Assembly: GCA_039028615.1 (NCBI GenBank)
Contig: JBCCHT010000038.1
Coordinates: forward strand, 1-64,000
Source: Myxococcota bacterium
GTDB taxonomy: Bacteria > Myxococcota_A > Polyangia > Nannocystales > Nannocystaceae
Reading direction: 5' to 3'
DNA length: 64,000 nt
Shown: positions 28,185 to 37,261 of the stretch, in pieces
How the letters are laid out: each line of letters begins with the position of its first letter
Numbering within the stretch: the first letter of the stretch is position 1
Program-made: the position numbers and the translations under genes
Notes under the pieces: model-generated
The model's database searches: none
What the model was told of the DNA's origin: nothing
Seen by the model: the letters and a program-made list of their open reading frames with translations, nothing else

Positions 28185-29479
28185 CCGACTCGGTCGCGGC
28201 GTTCGATCGTCGCGTGGAGCCAGCACGAATCGAGGCCACGGTGGCCCAGCTGCGGGCGCAGGGGTGGCTCGACGATGACGACCCGGCGGTGCTGGTGCAC
28301 GACCTGAGCCTGCTGCGAGCGCGGGCCGAGCAGCTGCAGCAGAGCTTTCCCGCGGCCTCCCTGCACGCGGCCGCGATCAAGGCCAACCCGGCGGTGTCGA
28401 TCCTCTCCGTGCTCGTCGAGGCGGGCATGGGCATGGAAGCGGCGTCCTGGGAGGAGGTCGAGCTCGCACTGGCGGCCGGGTGCACGCCGGACCGGATCGT
28501 GCTCGATTCGCCCGCCAAGACCCGCGCCGATCTGCGACGGGCGTTGGATCGCGGGGTACGGCTCAACCTCGACAACCTCGATGAACTGGACCGCGTCGCC
28601 GCGCTCGAGCCCGGCTCCGACGCGCATGTCGGCCTGCGGGTAAATCCCGCGGTCGGGGCGGGGACGATCCGCAGCACCAGCGTGGCCGATCGCGGCTCAC
28701 GGTTCGGGGTGCCCTGGCCACAGACCATCGAGCCTCTGGTCGATTGCTTCGTACGACACGCGTGGCTCGACGGGCTGCACGTGCACGTCGGCTCCCAGGG
28801 CTGCTCGCTGCAGCAACTCGTGTCGGCGGTGCGGAAGGTCCTCGAGCTTCGCGCGGCCATCGAGGCGCGGGTCGGTCAGGGCCGCATTCGGTGGGTCGAC
28901 ATCGGCGGGGGCCTGCCCGCCGACTACGGTCGGGGGCATGACTTGCCTTCGCTCGACGGCTATGTCGCCGCCCTGCGTCGCGAGACGCCCGAACTCTTCA
29001 GCGGTGAGTTCCAGGTGGTGACCGAGTTCGGCCGGGCGCTCCAGGTGGGCTGCGGCTTCGCGGTGAGCCGGGTCGAGTACGCGGGACCCAAGGGCGAGCG
29101 CCGCATGGCCACCATTCATGTGGGCGCCGACCTGCTGCCGCGGACGGCCTACGCCCCCAACGACTGGCCGCACGAGCTGCTCGTGCTCGACGAGCAGGGG
29201 CGACAGCGCACGGGGCAGGCCGAGCCGTGGACCGTGCTGGGGCCGCTGTGTTTCGCGGGCGACGTGGTCGCGCGGGACCGCCCCTTGCCGCCGATTGTCG
29301 AAGGTGACCACCTGGTCATTCGCGATGTCGGTGGCTACACGATGGGCATGTGGTCCCGTCACTGCAGTCGCGGCATGCCCCCGGTCCTCGGCCTGACCGA
29401 GCCCGACGAGCCCCTGGTCGTGCTGCGGCCCCGAGAGACCTACGAAGACATCGTTCGGTTCTGGGGCGGCCGTCCCTAG
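28181..29479 (+). CDS. lysA: PLP-dependent Orn/DAP/Arg decarboxylase family protein (diaminopimelate decarboxylase-like)
   Basis: AIKANP (PLP Lys), EAAS..E, LRVNP, HVHVGSQ, DIGGG, EFGR, GPLCFAGD and DVGGY. Substrate not certain. Confidence 0.8.
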   Translation: MTDSVAAFDRRVEPARIEATVAQLRAQGWLDDDDPAVLVHDLSLLRARAEQLQQSFPAASLHAAAIKANPAVSILSVLVEAGMGMEAASWEEVELALAAGCTPDRIVLDSPAKTRADLRRALDRGVRLNLDNLDELDRVAALEPGSDAHVGLRVNPAVGAGTIRSTSVADRGSRFGVPWPQTIEPLVDCFVRHAWLDGLHVHVGSQGCSLQQLVSAVRKVLELRAAIEARVGQGRIRWVDIGGGLPADYGRGHDLPSLDGYVAALRRETPELFSGEFQVVTEFGRALQVGCGFAVSRVEYAGPKGERRMATIHVGADLLPRTAYAPNDWPHELLVLDEQGRQRTGQAEPWTVLGPLCFAGDVVARDRPLPPIVEGDHLVIRDVGGYTMGMWSRHCSRGMPPVLGLTEPDEPLVVLRPRETYEDIVRFWGGRP

Positions 29480-29518
29480 CATTGCCGGCCGACTCGCGCC
29501 GTGTCACCGTGCGCAGGT

Positions 29519-32500
29519 ATGGCTCGACGTGCGCAGCAGTTGATTCTCGGTCTGGGGCTGTCTTTCGCGTGGGCCGGGCTTTCCTGCAAAGGTGATCCTG
29601 GCGCGAGCGAAGCCAAGCCGGAGACACCCGCCGATGAATCCACGCCCGCGGCAGAGTCCAAGGGCGGGGGCGACGAGACGAAGCCGGCCGCGGCCCTTCC
29701 CGACGAAGGCCCACTGCCCACGCTGCGTACGGGCGCGGTCGAGCCGGAGGTCTTGCCCGCCGTCGAGGCCGAGATCCTCACCCAAGCCCTCGAAAAAGGC
29801 GTCGAGTTCTACGAACTCCGCCTGCCGCGATCGTGGCAAGACGCCGACGCGGTCGCGCGGATCCACATCGAGCGCCCCAAAGGCGCAGTGGCGGTCCTCG
29901 AGGAGGTCGGCGGCGACACCAACCTGTTGCTGCGGGTCCCGGCCAGCGCCGGACCGGTACTCGACTTCGTGGGCACCGCCTTCATTACCGCCGATCGGGA
30001 GGACGGTCGCCGTTGGCTGAGCCTGCCCTTTTCCGCCAAGGGCTCGGCCAAAGATCGCGGCACGACCGGCCTGGCCCCGCGCTGGGCCTCGGCCCTGGCG
30101 GCGAGCCTCCGAGGGGAGGGGGGACCGTGGTGGGTCCGCACGCCCAGCCACCCCTGGCGGGAGTTCGCGGCGGGTCGGGTCGCGGCGATGGCCGGGGGCG
30201 CGACCGCGGCGGGGTCCTTCGATCTCGGTGGTCGTCGACCGCGTCGCACCGAGCTGTCCGAGCTGATGCACACGACCACCGCGGCGACCTCCATGCAGGA
30301 GGCGCTGCAGCACGATCGCGGTCTGAGGCTGCGCGGCAAGCCAGGCCCGGCCACGGTGCCCTTGGCCGAGCTGTCCGGCCCCGGATTGGTCGAGCACCCC
30401 TGGCCGGAGATGATCGCCGCGCTGCCCGATCACAAAGCGGGGACGCCCGAGCCATTGGCCGCCTCGACCCCGGCCGACTTCTGGTACGTGCGCTTCGACG
30501 ACATCCGCGTGCTGCTGAAGGTGCTCGACGAAGCGGACACCTGGATTACCCCCGTGGCCCACGCCATGGAAGAGCGGGCCGAGGTGCGCGACCTGAGCGG
30601 GCGCTACCAAAAACAGCTGGGCCTGCGGCGCACGGGGCTGGCGAAGGCGCTGGGGCACACGGTGGTCAAACGCCTCGCCATCGTGGGCAGTGATCCGTAT
30701 CTGCGCGAGGGCAGCGACGTTACCTTCATCTTCGAGCTGCACAACGCCGCCATCTTCGAGTCCGAGCTGAAGCGTCATCTCGATGGCTACCGAGGCGAAA
30801 TCCCGGGCATCGTCGACTCGACCCTCGAGCACGGCGCCCACGAGATCGCCGTCCATCGCGACCCGGCGGGCATCGTGCGGCAGCACCGAGCGACCGTCGG
30901 CGACCTGGCCATCGTGTCCAACAGCCCCGGGGCGATCCGAGCCGTCCTCGATGCCATCGACGGCACGGCGCCGCGCCTGTCCGAGGACCAGGACCTGGCG
31001 TACATGCTCGCCCGCGATCCCGGGGCCCACGAAGGCTTCGTGTTCCTCGGCGATCGCTTCATCGCGCAGGTCGTGGGCCCCCGGCAGAAGGTGCTGGCCG
31101 CCCGTCGTCAGCAGGCCCTCGCGGCGTTGCTCACCCCCGGCTACGCGGCGCTGCTCTACGGCTGGCTCGAGGGCAAGGCGCCCGCCGACGCCGAGGCGCT
31201 CATCGCCTCCGGCCTGCTCGATCGCGACGAGCTGCGCCACGACGACGGCGAGGCTATCGCGTTCGAGCCGGGCGGTACGGCGCGTTCGTCGTGGGGCAGC
31301 CCGGCCGCCCTCACTCCGCTCATCGATCTTCCGGCTCCGACCACGGTCACCGAGGCCGAGCGAGACGCCTACGCCACCTTTGCCCGCGGCTACCAGAACT
31401 ACTGGCGTCAGTTCATCGATCCGGTCGCGATTCGCCTCGACCTGAACGAAGACGGCGACGAAGCGGAGGCCGTGGTCGACGTTCGGGTGCTGCCGCTCAT
31501 TACCGGGACCGACTACGGCGACCTCGAGGAGATCGTGGGCACCCAACGCATCGAGGCCCCCGCCATCGACGACGGCCTGCAGATGGTCTGGGCGGTGGGG
31601 GCCGACTCCAAGCTCCGACGCGAGCTCGACCAGGCCGCGAGCGTCTTCGGTGGTAACCGCGACATCGGCCTCGGCTGGCTGGGCGAGTGGGTGATGCTCG
31701 GCACGCTCGATCGACTCCCGGTCATCGAGGTCATGGCGATGCTCGACGAGGACATCCAACGCCCGGCCCCGGACCAGGATCGCAAGCAGCGAGACCTCGC
31801 CCTGGCCAAGCCGCTCGGGCGGCTGCCGGTTTACGCCGCGGCGAACGTCTGCAACCCCACCGCGCTCATCGCCACCTTGGCGGCGGTACGAAAGTCTCTC
31901 AACGAGATTGCCCCGGGCATGATCCAGTGGGGAGAGCACACCAAGCACGGCGACTACTCCATCGTGCGGGTGGGGGTCGATCCGGCGTTCGCGGGCGAGT
32001 TCCGGGAGTTCGCGGAGTCGATTGCGCTGCACTACGTGGTGGCGGGAGACGTCGTCGTCCTGGGTCTCGATCCGACGGTGCTCGAGGTGATGATCGACCG
32101 TACCTCCGCCGGCCAGCGTCCAAAGCCCGGGGCCGCCGATGGTCCGCAGTTCGTCATGGAGGCGCGGCTGGCTCGCGAGCGGGCTAGCTACACCGCGCTG
32201 TCCTGGGCCATGCAGGGGCAGGCCAACCGCAGCCAGGCGGCGGCGCGCTCGGTCGCCGAGATCCTGCTGCGCGGGGAGCCGGGCATCACCACCGAAGCCG
32301 AGCTGAAGGCCCGCGGCCTCGCTCTGTTCGGGGCCTATCCGGTCAGCGCCTCGGGCCGGGCCGACTTCAGCCTCGGCCCGCAAGGCGCGGGCGATGGCGT
32401 GCACGGCACCTCGATCGCGCCCGTGTTCCCCGAGCTCCCCGTCGAGGGCAGCCCCATCGCCGCGCTCATGTCTCGCTTGGTCGGCGTGAACGCGTCCGTC

Positions 32501-32584
32501 GCCTTCGATCGCGAGCCCGCGCCGATGGAGCCCCCCGCCCGGAGCCTGCACACCCGCCTGCGCGTGCGGCTCGGAAGCGAATAG
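29519..32584 (+). CDS. Large hypothetical lipoprotein (~1020 aa)
   Basis: ATG 29519; lipobox GLSC; long ORF with typical codon bias; no recognisable catalytic motif. Confidence 0.8.
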   Translation: MARRAQQLILGLGLSFAWAGLSCKGDPGASEAKPETPADESTPAAESKGGGDETKPAAALPDEGPLPTLRTGAVEPEVLPAVEAEILTQALEKGVEFYELRLPRSWQDADAVARIHIERPKGAVAVLEEVGGDTNLLLRVPASAGPVLDFVGTAFITADREDGRRWLSLPFSAKGSAKDRGTTGLAPRWASALAASLRGEGGPWWVRTPSHPWREFAAGRVAAMAGGATAAGSFDLGGRRPRRTELSELMHTTTAATSMQEALQHDRGLRLRGKPGPATVPLAELSGPGLVEHPWPEMIAALPDHKAGTPEPLAASTPADFWYVRFDDIRVLLKVLDEADTWITPVAHAMEERAEVRDLSGRYQKQLGLRRTGLAKALGHTVVKRLAIVGSDPYLREGSDVTFIFELHNAAIFESELKRHLDGYRGEIPGIVDSTLEHGAHEIAVHRDPAGIVRQHRATVGDLAIVSNSPGAIRAVLDAIDGTAPRLSEDQDLAYMLARDPGAHEGFVFLGDRFIAQVVGPRQKVLAARRQQALAALLTPGYAALLYGWLEGKAPADAEALIASGLLDRDELRHDDGEAIAFEPGGTARSSWGSPAALTPLIDLPAPTTVTEAERDAYATFARGYQNYWRQFIDPVAIRLDLNEDGDEAEAVVDVRVLPLITGTDYGDLEEIVGTQRIEAPAIDDGLQMVWAVGADSKLRRELDQAASVFGGNRDIGLGWLGEWVMLGTLDRLPVIEVMAMLDEDIQRPAPDQDRKQRDLALAKPLGRLPVYAAANVCNPTALIATLAAVRKSLNEIAPGMIQWGEHTKHGDYSIVRVGVDPAFAGEFREFAESIALHYVVAGDVVVLGLDPTVLEVMIDRTSAGQRPKPGAADGPQFVMEARLARERASYTALSWAMQGQANRSQAAARSVAEILLRGEPGITTEAELKARGLALFGAYPVSASGRADFSLGPQGAGDGVHGTSIAPVFPELPVEGSPIAALMSRLVGVNASVAFDREPAPMEPPARSLHTRLRVRLGSE

Positions 32585-32587
32585 CCC

Positions 32588-33202
32588 ATGCCCGCGGCCG
32601 ACCATCGCGAGCGGCACAAGCTGCGCATGGCCTGGATGCCGTGGCTGTATCAGCGTGCGAAGCCGGAGATCTTGGCGTGGGCGCAGCCGTGGCAGCAGCA
32701 GCTCCAGGCCGAGCTGTGTGCCCACGAGCGGATCCGGCTCGGCGAGGGGTGCTTCATCGCGCCCGATGCCCAGCTCTTCGCCGAGCCGCACCGCGAGATC
32801 GTGTTGGGTGACGGCGTTTCGATCGCGGCGGGCTGCTTCGTGCACGGTCCGGTGCGGTTGCACGACGGGGTGAGCCTCAACCCGCGTGTGGTGATGGATG
32901 GGGGCGCCGCGGGCATCGTGGTGGGGGCCGGCACCCGCATCGCGGCCGATGTGCACGTGTATGCGTTCGACCACGGGATGGCGGCTGACCGACCGATACG
33001 GGAGCAGCCGGTTCGCTCGCGCGGTATCGAAATCGGCGAAGACGTCTGGATCGGGGCCGGAGCGGGCATTACCGACGGAGTGACCATCGGTGACCATGCG
33101 GTGGTGGGCATGCACGCGGTGGTGACCAAGCCCGTCGAGCCCTGGGCGGTGGTGGCTGGCGTTCCCGCGCGGGTGGTCGGTGATCGTCGCACGTCGGGCT
33201 GA
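32588..33202 (+). CDS. Hexapeptide-repeat (left-handed beta-helix) acyltransferase
   Basis: FDHG; IEIGEDVWIGAGAGITDGVTIGDHAVVGMHAVVTK; VAGVPARVV. Confidence 0.9.
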   Translation: MPAADHRERHKLRMAWMPWLYQRAKPEILAWAQPWQQQLQAELCAHERIRLGEGCFIAPDAQLFAEPHREIVLGDGVSIAAGCFVHGPVRLHDGVSLNPRVVMDGGAAGIVVGAGTRIAADVHVYAFDHGMAADRPIREQPVRSRGIEIGEDVWIGAGAGITDGVTIGDHAVVGMHAVVTKPVEPWAVVAGVPARVVGDRRTSG

Positions 33203-33292
33203 AATTCGACGGTCGCGAGCCGCGCAGGCGCTCACGGGGCTTGGCGGACGACCCCGCTTGATTCATCATGAAATCGTTGCGGAAGGCTGACG

Positions 33293-33874
33293 TTGGGCAA
33301 CATCGTACGAGATGAAAACGGTGGCACCTTCACCCTCGAAGCGAGGGGCGGAGGGTCGTGGCACGCCCCCTTCGGTGGGCAGTCGCTGCGCTCGGCCTTG
33401 GGCCGCGCCGCGAGTGTGCGCAGTGTCTTCGACTATCCCGAAAATCGCCACGCGATGGCCGAGGCGCTGGTCGAAGCCAGCGTGCTGACCCGCACCGAGG
33501 GTCAGTCCATGAGCTTCGAAGAGATTCGCCAGCACGCGCACGGAGCCTTCGGCGCGGGGCGGCTGAGCTTGGTGCCCTACCGCCCGAGCCTGCGGCCGAT
33601 CTGCATCATCGAAGACGTCGAGCCGCCCGAGTCGCTCACCGAAGGCCTCGTCGAAGAAGAGGTCAAGCCCACGCATACCCTCGAGATCGAGCTGGTCGAC
33701 GAGGACGAGGAGCCCGTGCCCGGCGAGCCCTACCGCGTCGAGCTGCCCAGCGGCGACATCATGGAGGGCCGTCTCAACAACCTCGGTCGCGCGATGCTCA
33801 CGGGCATCGTCGACTCGGGCAACTGCAAGGTCACCTTTCCGCGGCTCGACGAGGCCGTGTGGGGTCCGGGGTAG
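33293..33874 (+). CDS. Hypothetical protein with C-terminal transthyretin-like domain of the type seen on VgrG/PAAR-associated proteins
   Basis: LEIELVDEDEEPVPGEPYRVELPSGDIMEGRLNNLGRA...CKVTFPRLD; TTG start with upstream GGAAGG. Confidence 0.65.
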   Translation: MGNIVRDENGGTFTLEARGGGSWHAPFGGQSLRSALGRAASVRSVFDYPENRHAMAEALVEASVLTRTEGQSMSFEEIRQHAHGAFGAGRLSLVPYRPSLRPICIIEDVEPPESLTEGLVEEEVKPTHTLEIELVDEDEEPVPGEPYRVELPSGDIMEGRLNNLGRAMLTGIVDSGNCKVTFPRLDEAVWGPG

Positions 33875-33880
33875 GTCGCG

Positions 33881-34522
33881 ATGCCGGTCAACCACAAGGT
33901 CGTTCAGGGCGATTGCATCTCGAGCATCGCGGCCAAGCACCGCATGCTCCCCGAGACCATCTGGGATGCCCCGGAAAACGAGGCGCTCCGCAACGAGCGT
34001 CCGCACTGGAACGCGCTCGCGCCCGGGGATGTCGTGGTCGTGCCCGACGTCACCGAGCGAGTCGAGGACGCCGCCGTCGACAAGGCGCATCGCTTCGTCC
34101 GCAAGGCGGTGTTCGAGAAGGTCAAGCTCGTGCTGCACGACGAGGACGGCGAGCCCCGGGCCCAGCTGGCCTACCAGATCGAGTTCTCGGATGGCTCCGA
34201 CATGATCGAAGGCGAGACCGGTGACGACGGCGTCATCGAGTTCAAGCACCCGCCCAAGATCGACAAGGCCACGCTGCGCGTCGAAGCGCCGGACTTCAAA
34301 GAGGTCCACGAGCTCGAGTTCGGCGGCGTCGACCCGATCACCACCGTCAAGGGCATGCAGGATCGTCTTCGCAACCTCGGCTATGCGGTCGAGGCCAACG
34401 GCGAGCTCGACGGCGCCACCAAGATCGCGATTCAGTCGTTCCAGAGCGACGCCGAGATCGACGTGACCGGCGAGTTCTGCGACGCGACCCAGGCCAAGCT
34501 CGAAGAGCGCTACGGCAGCTGA
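33881..34522 (+). CDS. LysM + transthyretin-like + peptidoglycan-binding domain protein
   Basis: HKVVQGDCISSIA...LAPGDVVVVP (LysM); LHDEDGEPRAQLAYQIE...EGETGDDG; MQDRLRNLGY...ATKIAIQSFQ...TGE (PG_binding_1). Confidence 0.8.
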   Translation: MPVNHKVVQGDCISSIAAKHRMLPETIWDAPENEALRNERPHWNALAPGDVVVVPDVTERVEDAAVDKAHRFVRKAVFEKVKLVLHDEDGEPRAQLAYQIEFSDGSDMIEGETGDDGVIEFKHPPKIDKATLRVEAPDFKEVHELEFGGVDPITTVKGMQDRLRNLGYAVEANGELDGATKIAIQSFQSDAEIDVTGEFCDATQAKLEERYGS

Positions 34523-34646
34523 GCGCCGGTTCGCAGCCGGGAGCTCATTTCGGGTCGGGTCCTTCGGGCCGGCCGGCACGGTCTGATTCGCCGACAAACG
34601 TCGGCGTCGAGTACCGGTTCACGACACGCGAGCTATCATCGCGCCC

Positions 34647-34997
34647 GTGGCCGAGGTCGATCCTCCACGGGATGGCGATCCTGCATCGCTGTCCCACATC
34701 GCACGGTGGTTCGCGTTTGCGGTCGCCCTGCTGACGGCGGGGAGCTGGATGTCCTGCGGGCTGATCCCGCGCAGCGAGAACGGGCCGAGCGTCTTTACCG
34801 GCATCACCGTGTTCGCCGTGGTGGCCTGGTTGACCACCTCGGTCTTGATCATCGTCGCGTCCCGGCGGCTCGACGGAGGGCCCGAGTCGTCGGGTGTCCA
34901 CCGACTCTCGGACGCGTCGCGAATGCTCCGCGTCAGCGGCGTGACCCTCCTGATTCTCGTCGTGCCCTGGCTCGCATGCCTGGCGTCGACCCGGTAG
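34647..34997 (+). CDS. Small 3-TM membrane protein
   Basis: Three hydrophobic segments; stop lies 3 nt before the radical SAM ATG. Confidence 0.55.
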   Translation: MAEVDPPRDGDPASLSHIARWFAFAVALLTAGSWMSCGLIPRSENGPSVFTGITVFAVVAWLTTSVLIIVASRRLDGGPESSGVHRLSDASRMLRVSGVTLLILVVPWLACLASTR

Positions 34998-35000
34998 CCC

Positions 35001-36455
35001 ATGGAACGACGACAACGGCCCTATCTGTTCTACGGCGCCACGCGAGCGCTGTGCTCCAAGTGCCTGATGGTCTGCGACGCCAAGGAGCTGATCGAAGGCA
35101 ACCGGGTGTACCTGTGGAAGCGGTGCATGGAGCACGGGGTCGAGCGCGTGCTCATCTCCGACGACGCCGACTACTTCCGGCTGTGCCGAGAGACCTTCCT
35201 CAAGGAGCCCGAGCAGGTCGAGAAACACAACACGGGCGTGCTCTACGGCTGCCCCTACGACTGTGGCATCTGCCCCGATCACGAGCAGCACGGGTGCGTC
35301 TGCGTCCTCGAGGTCACCGACCACTGCAACCTGTCGTGCCCGACCTGCTTCGCCGACAGCGGGCCTCATCGACAGACCCACCGCTCGATGGAGCAGATCC
35401 GGCGCATGCTCGATCTGATCGTGGCCAACGAGCGCGAGCCGGACGTCGTGCAGGTCTCGGGCGGCGAGCCCACCGTGCACCCGCAGTTCTTCGAGATCCT
35501 CGACGAGTGTCGCCGACGTCCGATCCGGCACCTCATGGTCAACACCAACGGCCTCCGCATCGCCAACGAGGACGGCTTCGCCGAGCGCCTGGCCGAGTAT
35601 GCGCCGTCCTTCGAGCTGTACCTGCAGTTCGATGGCCTCAACGACTCCGCCACCCGCACGCTCCGCGGTGCCGACCTGTCGCGGATCAAGAAGCGGGCCT
35701 TGGCGCGGCTCAACGAGCTCAACCTGGCGACGACGCTGGTGGTCACCGTGCGCCGTGGCGTCAACGAAAACGACCTGGGGGAGATCCTTCGCTTCGCGGC
35801 GGAGCAGCGCTGCGTTCGCGGGGTCACCCTGCAGCCGGTCCACGATACCGGCCGCAACGAGGGCTTCGACGTCGACGACAACCGCATGACGCTGTCCGAG
35901 GTGCGGCGACGGGTGATCGAGGACTTCGACACCTTCACCGCCGAAGACGTCATCCCCGTGCCCTGCCATCCCGATTGCGTCGCCATGGCCTACGCGGTGC
36001 GAGGCAAGGGCGACGACTACCGTCAACTCTCGCCGCTCACGCGTTATGTGCCGCCCGACGTGCTCATCGACGCGGGGCGCAACACCATCATCTACGAGGG
36101 CGACGACGAGCTCATGACCGCGGTGGGCAAGCGGATCTTCTCCGCGTTCTCCACCGGCCACGGCCCCAAGGGGGCGAGCAAGGCGCTGGGCGAGCTGATG
36201 TGCTGCCTGCCCCAGGTCGACGCCCCCGATCTCGGCTACGATCGCGTCTTTCGCCTGATCATCATGCAGTTCCTCGATCGGCACACGATGGACCTGCGCT
36301 CGGTTCGAAAGAGCTGTGTCCACATCGCGGCGCCCGACGGCAAGCGGATGATCCCCTTCGATACCTACAACGTATTCTATCGCGATGCCCTCGAGCAGAC
36401 CGTGCTCGAGCCTTTGCGCGAGCGCGTGCGCCTCCCCGTGCAGGTCGGGTCTTGA
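35001..36455 (+). CDS. Radical SAM enzyme, tetraether lipid synthase (Tes/MJ0619)-like family
   Basis: N-terminal CSKC...KRCMEHG; GCPYDCGICPDHEQHGC; SAM cluster motif CNLSCPTC; SGGEPT; NTNG; YLQFDG; PCHPDC; C-terminal SCVH...IPFDTYN. Confidence 0.85.
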   Translation: MERRQRPYLFYGATRALCSKCLMVCDAKELIEGNRVYLWKRCMEHGVERVLISDDADYFRLCRETFLKEPEQVEKHNTGVLYGCPYDCGICPDHEQHGCVCVLEVTDHCNLSCPTCFADSGPHRQTHRSMEQIRRMLDLIVANEREPDVVQVSGGEPTVHPQFFEILDECRRRPIRHLMVNTNGLRIANEDGFAERLAEYAPSFELYLQFDGLNDSATRTLRGADLSRIKKRALARLNELNLATTLVVTVRRGVNENDLGEILRFAAEQRCVRGVTLQPVHDTGRNEGFDVDDNRMTLSEVRRRVIEDFDTFTAEDVIPVPCHPDCVAMAYAVRGKGDDYRQLSPLTRYVPPDVLIDAGRNTIIYEGDDELMTAVGKRIFSAFSTGHGPKGASKALGELMCCLPQVDAPDLGYDRVFRLIIMQFLDRHTMDLRSVRKSCVHIAAPDGKRMIPFDTYNVFYRDALEQTVLEPLRERVRLPVQVGS

Positions 36456-37261
36456 GCCCCGAGCTGGTCTACGGGGTGATGGTGGGGCTGGCGACCTGCG
36501 TCGCCTTTGCCATCCGTCGCTCCGAGGGCCGGCGCCTGGGCTACGAGAGCCAGCCTGGCTATCGCTGGGTGGGGCTTTGGTGTGTCGCGGGAGCCGTGCT
36601 CGGTGCCCGGCTCGGGATGTTCTTCTACACCGCGCCCCACGAAGGCGGAGAACTCCAGCGTGCCGTGTACACCCTGGGCTTCGACGGCAAGACGGTGCTC
36701 GGGGCTCTGACCGGCGGCTACGTCTTCGGCGAGATCGGCAAGAAGGTCGTGGGCGTGCGCTTTTCGACCGGCGACGCGCTCGCCTTGGCCTTACCCGTGG
36801 GGCAGGCCTTGGGGCGCCTTGGCTGTTTCTTCGCCGGGTGTTGCTACGGCGCCCCGACGGACGTGCCGTGGGCGATTGCTCAGCACGACGCCCTGCGTCA
36901 TCCCGTGCAGCTGTACGAAGCCGGGGCGTGCCTGCTGTTGGCGGGCCTGCTGTTCGTCATTCGCGATCGCCCTCGCCCGCCCGGCCACCTGTTTCGTTAC
37001 TACCTCATTGGCTACGCGACCATTCGCTTCTCGAGCGAGATGGTGCGCGGCGAGCCGCAGCTCATGCTCGGGCCTTTGACGTACGCGCAGCTGTACTGCC
37101 TGGTGATGGGGGTTGGTTTCGCCTGGACGCTCCGCGGATCAAGCTCCACAGCGGTCCGAACTGAATCGACAGCAGGTTCCCCAGGCGGCGATCCGGCAGG
37201 CCACACTCCACCTGCGCCCGACCCGGCAGATAAGTCCCGAACAGCTGATCCCACAGCATGA
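36452..37261 (+). CDS. lgt: Prolipoprotein diacylglyceryl transferase (Lgt) family protein
   Basis: C-terminal part of ORF 34706..37261, starting at a TTG that overlaps the radical SAM stop (TTGA); GARL, GQALGRLGCFFAGCCYG, HPVQLYE and RFSSEMVR; multiple TMs. Confidence 0.85.
   Translation: MSPELVYGVMVGLATCVAFAIRRSEGRRLGYESQPGYRWVGLWCVAGAVLGARLGMFFYTAPHEGGELQRAVYTLGFDGKTVLGALTGGYVFGEIGKKVVGVRFSTGDALALALPVGQALGRLGCFFAGCCYGAPTDVPWAIAQHDALRHPVQLYEAGACLLLAGLLFVIRDRPRPPGHLFRYYLIGYATIRFSSEMVRGEPQLMLGPLTYAQLYCLVMGVGFAWTLRGSSSTAVRTESTAGSPGGDPAGHTPPAPDPADKSRTADPTA

Noticed and set aside
29504..33235. Long antisense or alternate-frame ORFs (also 37982-40543, 51649-53868, 25454-27541, 48824-50851)
   Set aside because: They mirror well-supported genes, have shadow-like composition (rich in R, A, G, L, V, H) and contain no motifs.
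34706..37261. 851-aa ORF as an extended Lgt
   Set aside because: The first ~580 codons are an off-frame reading of the membrane-protein and radical SAM genes; Lgt begins at the TTG at 36452.
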